IMG/VR virus record: IMGVR_UViG_3300028536_000014
Span: 124,001-188,000 of that record
Length of the DNA: 64,000 nt
Direction: 5' to 3' (one strand)
Both the position numbers and the translations under genes were made by a program. Shown here piece after piece: positions 60,724 to 64,000 of the stretch (position 1 is its first letter; the number at the start of each line of letters is the position of its first letter). The notes beneath the pieces are model-generated. The model was not told where the DNA came from, made no database searches, and was given only the letters and a program-made list of their open reading frames with translations.

Positions 60724-61581
60724 ATGAAATTTTATAAGCTTGCTTTAGAGAATAGCGCAACTTGTTTTACGGAAGCGCAGTTCATGAATGAGCTAGCTCT
60801 TGAATCGACGATGGCTACCAATGTCATTGACTTCTTTCGTAGAAGTCTTCCCATTATGACGAACGAGTTGAAAGACTACGTTAGTCATTTCAGAACACCG
60901 GATCAAGAGATCGATCTCACTGCAATCGATTCAAATTACGCAACATCCGAAAGACATAAACTTGAACGTTACTATACGAGTTGGAGGGAGGTTCTCGTTC
61001 AAGTTCCAGAAGGCTTTAAGAAGGGAGAGTTTCTTCCTTACGTTATGGCTCTCAACAGTATTGGTTCCAATCTGTTTGAACAAACTAACAAACTGATCTC
61101 GGAGTATCGATTTGCTCTCTCGTCTATTATCAGCAATAAAGAACAGCGTACATCTCTTAAAGATCTTTCTTACAATTATGAAGGGATTACCTCCGCTCGA
61201 TCCGAATTGGAAGAAAGAATCGCTTCCTTCTTTGAGTCAACAACGACTTCTCGCTACAGACTTATCGACGTCCTCCCTCGATATTCCGATAGCAAAAGAC
61301 TCATCGGAGAAACCAAACAACTCGCCAGACTCGTTAGCATCAAACAGTTAACGCAAATTAAAACACTTGTTAATGAGACTGTTAGTGTCTTGATGGTTTT
61401 AGAAAATCAAATTACCAAAGGTGATATGAGTGATATTTCTCCACAAGTCGTGAAGAATATAGCTCAAGGCGCTTATGAACTGGCCAAATATATCGACAGT
61501 ATAGCAGTCTTCTATTATGCAGGTGTTAGTATTATCACTTGCGTGAATCTTCTTTTTGATAAAATAAAAGATTTTGAATAA
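60724..61581 (+). CDS. virion/head protein (phiKZ gp153-like)
   Basis: Two N-terminal ALE sites; VPEGF motif; divergent from uvsX. Confidence 0.65.
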   Translation: MKFYKLALENSATCFTEAQFMNELALESTMATNVIDFFRRSLPIMTNELKDYVSHFRTPDQEIDLTAIDSNYATSERHKLERYYTSWREVLVQVPEGFKKGEFLPYVMALNSIGSNLFEQTNKLISEYRFALSSIISNKEQRTSLKDLSYNYEGITSARSELEERIASFFESTTTSRYRLIDVLPRYSDSKRLIGETKQLARLVSIKQLTQIKTLVNETVSVLMVLENQITKGDMSDISPQVVKNIAQGAYELAKYIDSIAVFYYAGVSIITCVNLLFDKIKDFE

Positions 61582-61590
61582 TTACACATC

Positions 61591-61628
61591 ACACTCCATA
61601 CTCCTGGATATCCAGGAGTATGGAGTGT
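61591..61628. repeat. perfect 38-bp palindrome, probably a terminator between convergent genes
   Basis: ACACTCCATACTCCTGGAT|ATCCAGGAGTATGGAGTGT. Confidence 0.85.
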
Positions 61629-61634
61629 TATTAT

Positions 61635-62183
61635 TCAGATCAAACAGGAATTGAAACGTTTATTAAACAATTCAGTTAAACATTGCATCAAATCATTTTT
61701 GATGAAAGAAGTTGGTGCATATACAATCCATTCTGGTGTTTTACGAATGAAGAAGTTGCATATTTGTTCCAATTCTTTTTCATTGATTTCACAAACATCA
61801 AGATTAGTGACATCAATAACTTTGTCATCTAAAATGATTTGTTCTTTCAAGATGGATTTCCAAATCATATTTCGCATGAACTTAGGAATCCAATAACTTT
61901 GACCTTTATAGGTCATTTTCAAAAGATTGTTAATCTTCTCGAACAAGATGAAATCAGGCTTATCTGTGAAACTAGTAAGCGCGATGATACTTGCAATATA
62001 CAGAACCCGTTTCCACTTCCTTGGCATGTTAGGTGCAAATTCCGTTTTAAACCAATACGCAAGCCAACGCGTGATTGGATTCTGGATCGGTTCATTTAAG
62101 TACCGATAAGCTCCAGAAATTTTTTCGGGAAATGTAGTCATTACGACAACTCCAAATTTGTAAAAGGAGGAAGAAGTACTCAT
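61635..62183 (-). CDS. hypothetical protein
   Basis: 182-aa ORF downstream of the RNase H gene. Confidence 0.65.
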   Translation of the reverse strand: MSTSSSFYKFGVVVMTTFPEKISGAYRYLNEPIQNPITRWLAYWFKTEFAPNMPRKWKRVLYIASIIALTSFTDKPDFILFEKINNLLKMTYKGQSYWIPKFMRNMIWKSILKEQIILDDKVIDVTNLDVCEINEKELEQICNFFIRKTPEWIVYAPTSFIKNDLMQCLTELFNKRFNSCLI

Positions 62184-62204
62184 TTAATATTAGGATTTTT
62201 TTTT

Positions 62205-63695
62205 CTAGGAAGGAAGAACGATCTGATTGGCAAAGTAGTTAGACCATATTCCAACTCCGAAGTTTGATTGGATAATAGTCGAATATTTCATAATTCCTCC
62301 ATCTATCCAGGTTAGAAGATAAATCATTGGAATTGCATCTTCCAAATATTTAAGATTGTTTCGTGGAAGACAATCAAATCCCAACATGTAAGGGACACGA
62401 ACAGGTATCATCTTTTCACGATGTTCAATTTCGATGTCTAACGAAAGGTTTTTAAATCCTACGATAAAATCAGGAAGTAGTTCATGTTTGATTTTACCTT
62501 TCTTATCTGTTGTGATATTGAAGAATTTGTCTGTAATATCGTGGACTGTGATCTTCATTGCACCAACTAACCAATGAAGATCAACGTCACGTTCTTTAAA
62601 CCCTATTAACATTTCTTCAAGAAATGCAAAATGTTCCAACGCACGAAGTGAAAGCCCTGCAGGGTTCATTTCCAATGTCAGTGGTTTCTTATCCACTAAG
62701 TAAAGTGAAGCATCTCGCTTCTGACCATACATAGCGTAAGGACCGTATTTATATAGCCACGGATAGACCTGTTTGCTATAAACAGAATCCAGTTTCATTA
62801 ACGCAATAACGTTAATGCCGTTAGAATGTTGATATTGTTTCTTTTTGATTTCCTCAATAACTTGATCAGGTTCGTTAAGATAAATAACTGAATACCCCAT
62901 TGAAGCAGAAGGTTTACCGATAATAAAATCAGTATCTGAGGAAATTGCGAGATGATAAATACCGGCTTGGTTATATTCTGGTAGTGAATTAAAATAAAGT
63001 CTAGAGAAAGCGATATAAGGATTACGATCTGGCTCAGATTTCCAATAACCTTTTGCTACAGATGTTTCGATTGAAGTAATGATTTTTCGTTCTTGACTAT
63101 GGTTCATACCGATGCCTGCTAAGATATCGGCACGTTCATTACCCAAATGACCATCATGGCTTCTGATCCAATAAATTTGGATATCAACTCCAGTTTGACG
63201 GAGTGTTTTGAGAAGATTATAAGTCTTCTCTAACAATTCACGATTACCTACAGGTGAACCATCTGCTTTTAACCAATTGTTCTTTTCCCACCGTTTACAC
63301 CATTCTGTCATTGAAGTTCTTAAATATTCGCTATCTGTATAAACACGAACAACTTGAAGTTTGTAATCTTCGAGAAACTTTAGAAGGTGATAAAGTCCTT
63401 GGATCTCAGCAACGTTATTCGTCATCAATTCAGAATGAGAACCAAAACCGTCTACGTATTCGGTTGGTATAACACATTGAGCATGTTGTGGAAGTTCGTG
63501 TGCGATATTGACATAACCATGAGTGGTATGCTTAAATGATTCAACAACCACAGCTTTGCTGACCACCTCCTGATAAAAATAACCATGAATACCCCAGCCG
63601 ATATAACCAGGATTATGGGGTCTGCATGATCCATCTACGTAGAAGACACCCGATTGAGTTACAAGTTTGCTATGACTCTCTGTTGATTTACTCAT
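62205..63695 (-). CDS. rnhA: ribonuclease HI with a C-terminal extension (phiKZ gp155-like)
   Basis: YVDGSC, TNNVAE, YTDSEY, HDGHLGNERADILA. Confidence 0.9.
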   Translation of the reverse strand: MSKSTESHSKLVTQSGVFYVDGSCRPHNPGYIGWGIHGYFYQEVVSKAVVVESFKHTTHGYVNIAHELPQHAQCVIPTEYVDGFGSHSELMTNNVAEIQGLYHLLKFLEDYKLQVVRVYTDSEYLRTSMTEWCKRWEKNNWLKADGSPVGNRELLEKTYNLLKTLRQTGVDIQIYWIRSHDGHLGNERADILAGIGMNHSQERKIITSIETSVAKGYWKSEPDRNPYIAFSRLYFNSLPEYNQAGIYHLAISSDTDFIIGKPSASMGYSVIYLNEPDQVIEEIKKKQYQHSNGINVIALMKLDSVYSKQVYPWLYKYGPYAMYGQKRDASLYLVDKKPLTLEMNPAGLSLRALEHFAFLEEMLIGFKERDVDLHWLVGAMKITVHDITDKFFNITTDKKGKIKHELLPDFIVGFKNLSLDIEIEHREKMIPVRVPYMLGFDCLPRNNLKYLEDAIPMIYLLTWIDGGIMKYSTIIQSNFGVGIWSNYFANQIVLPS

Positions 63696-64000
63696 TACTG
63701 AATCGGTTTTGATGGCGGATGGAGTTCATTCTGACTAATTCCTGTAGGTGTCTGTGGTACAGCAGGAGGAGTACAAGTTTTCAATTGTTTTTCTTGCGTG
63801 ATTATAATCACTTCTTGTTCTTTAACTTTCTTGTAAAGAAAAAGTGTTCGATTACTTAAAAAGGAACTTAAAGAAATCAAACATACGAATAATAGAAAGA
63901 TCGTAAACTTCCGAGTATTAAAAGAACTGTGTTTAAAATCTGATTCTTCTTTATTATCAAAAAACAGATCTTTAAAGAAATCAACAATGATCGCTAGACG
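63695..64000 (-). CDS. membrane protein, start lies beyond the window
   Basis: Frame is open to position 64000; one hydrophobic helix and a Pro-rich tail; TAATG overlap with the RNase H gene. Confidence 0.7.
   Translation of the reverse strand, partial: RLAIIVDFFKDLFFDNKEESDFKHSSFNTRKFTIFLLFVCLISLSSFLSNRTLFLYKKVKEQEVIIITQEKQLKTCTPPAVPQTPTGISQNELHPPSKPIQ

Noticed and set aside
6202-61628. Hairpins as CRISPR repeats, REP elements or MITEs
   Set aside because: They are dispersed, differ in sequence, and have no spacers, cas genes, transposase or target-site duplications.
1-64000. Stop-codon reassignment
   Set aside because: Long core genes are intact in the standard code, and TAA, TAG and TGA all end tightly packed genes.

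Overview
AT-rich (roughly 35-37% GC by eye), densely coding segment of a phiKZ-like, probably nucleus-forming jumbo myophage, using the standard genetic code. Core genes: PhuZ tubulin, terminase large subunit, contractile tail sheath and tube, the polymerase half of a divergent family-B DNA polymerase, prohead protease, three virion RNA polymerase polypeptides, a 2233-aa tape-measure/tail lysin, UvsX and RNase H. phiKZ gp numbers are recalled from family knowledge, not from a search. Two self-splicing elements are visible. A 142-aa mini-intein sits next to the terminase HDD motif and appears to retain the decayed ends of an endonuclease-like ORF in another frame. A 454-nt ORF-less group I intron splits the large virion RNAP beta subunit at HDD|MNR. 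The most unusual coding feature is an internal Peptidase_S74-like self-cleaving chaperone module in the middle of the tape-measure protein. Other notable features are nested domain insertions in the sheath and in an adhesin coupled to a GT2 glycosyltransferase, two receiver-like paralogues, a YxGPERR c-di-GMP-type motif, a six-copy minus-strand promoter motif, and 17 long intergenic hairpins. No tRNA, rRNA or CRISPR array was found.
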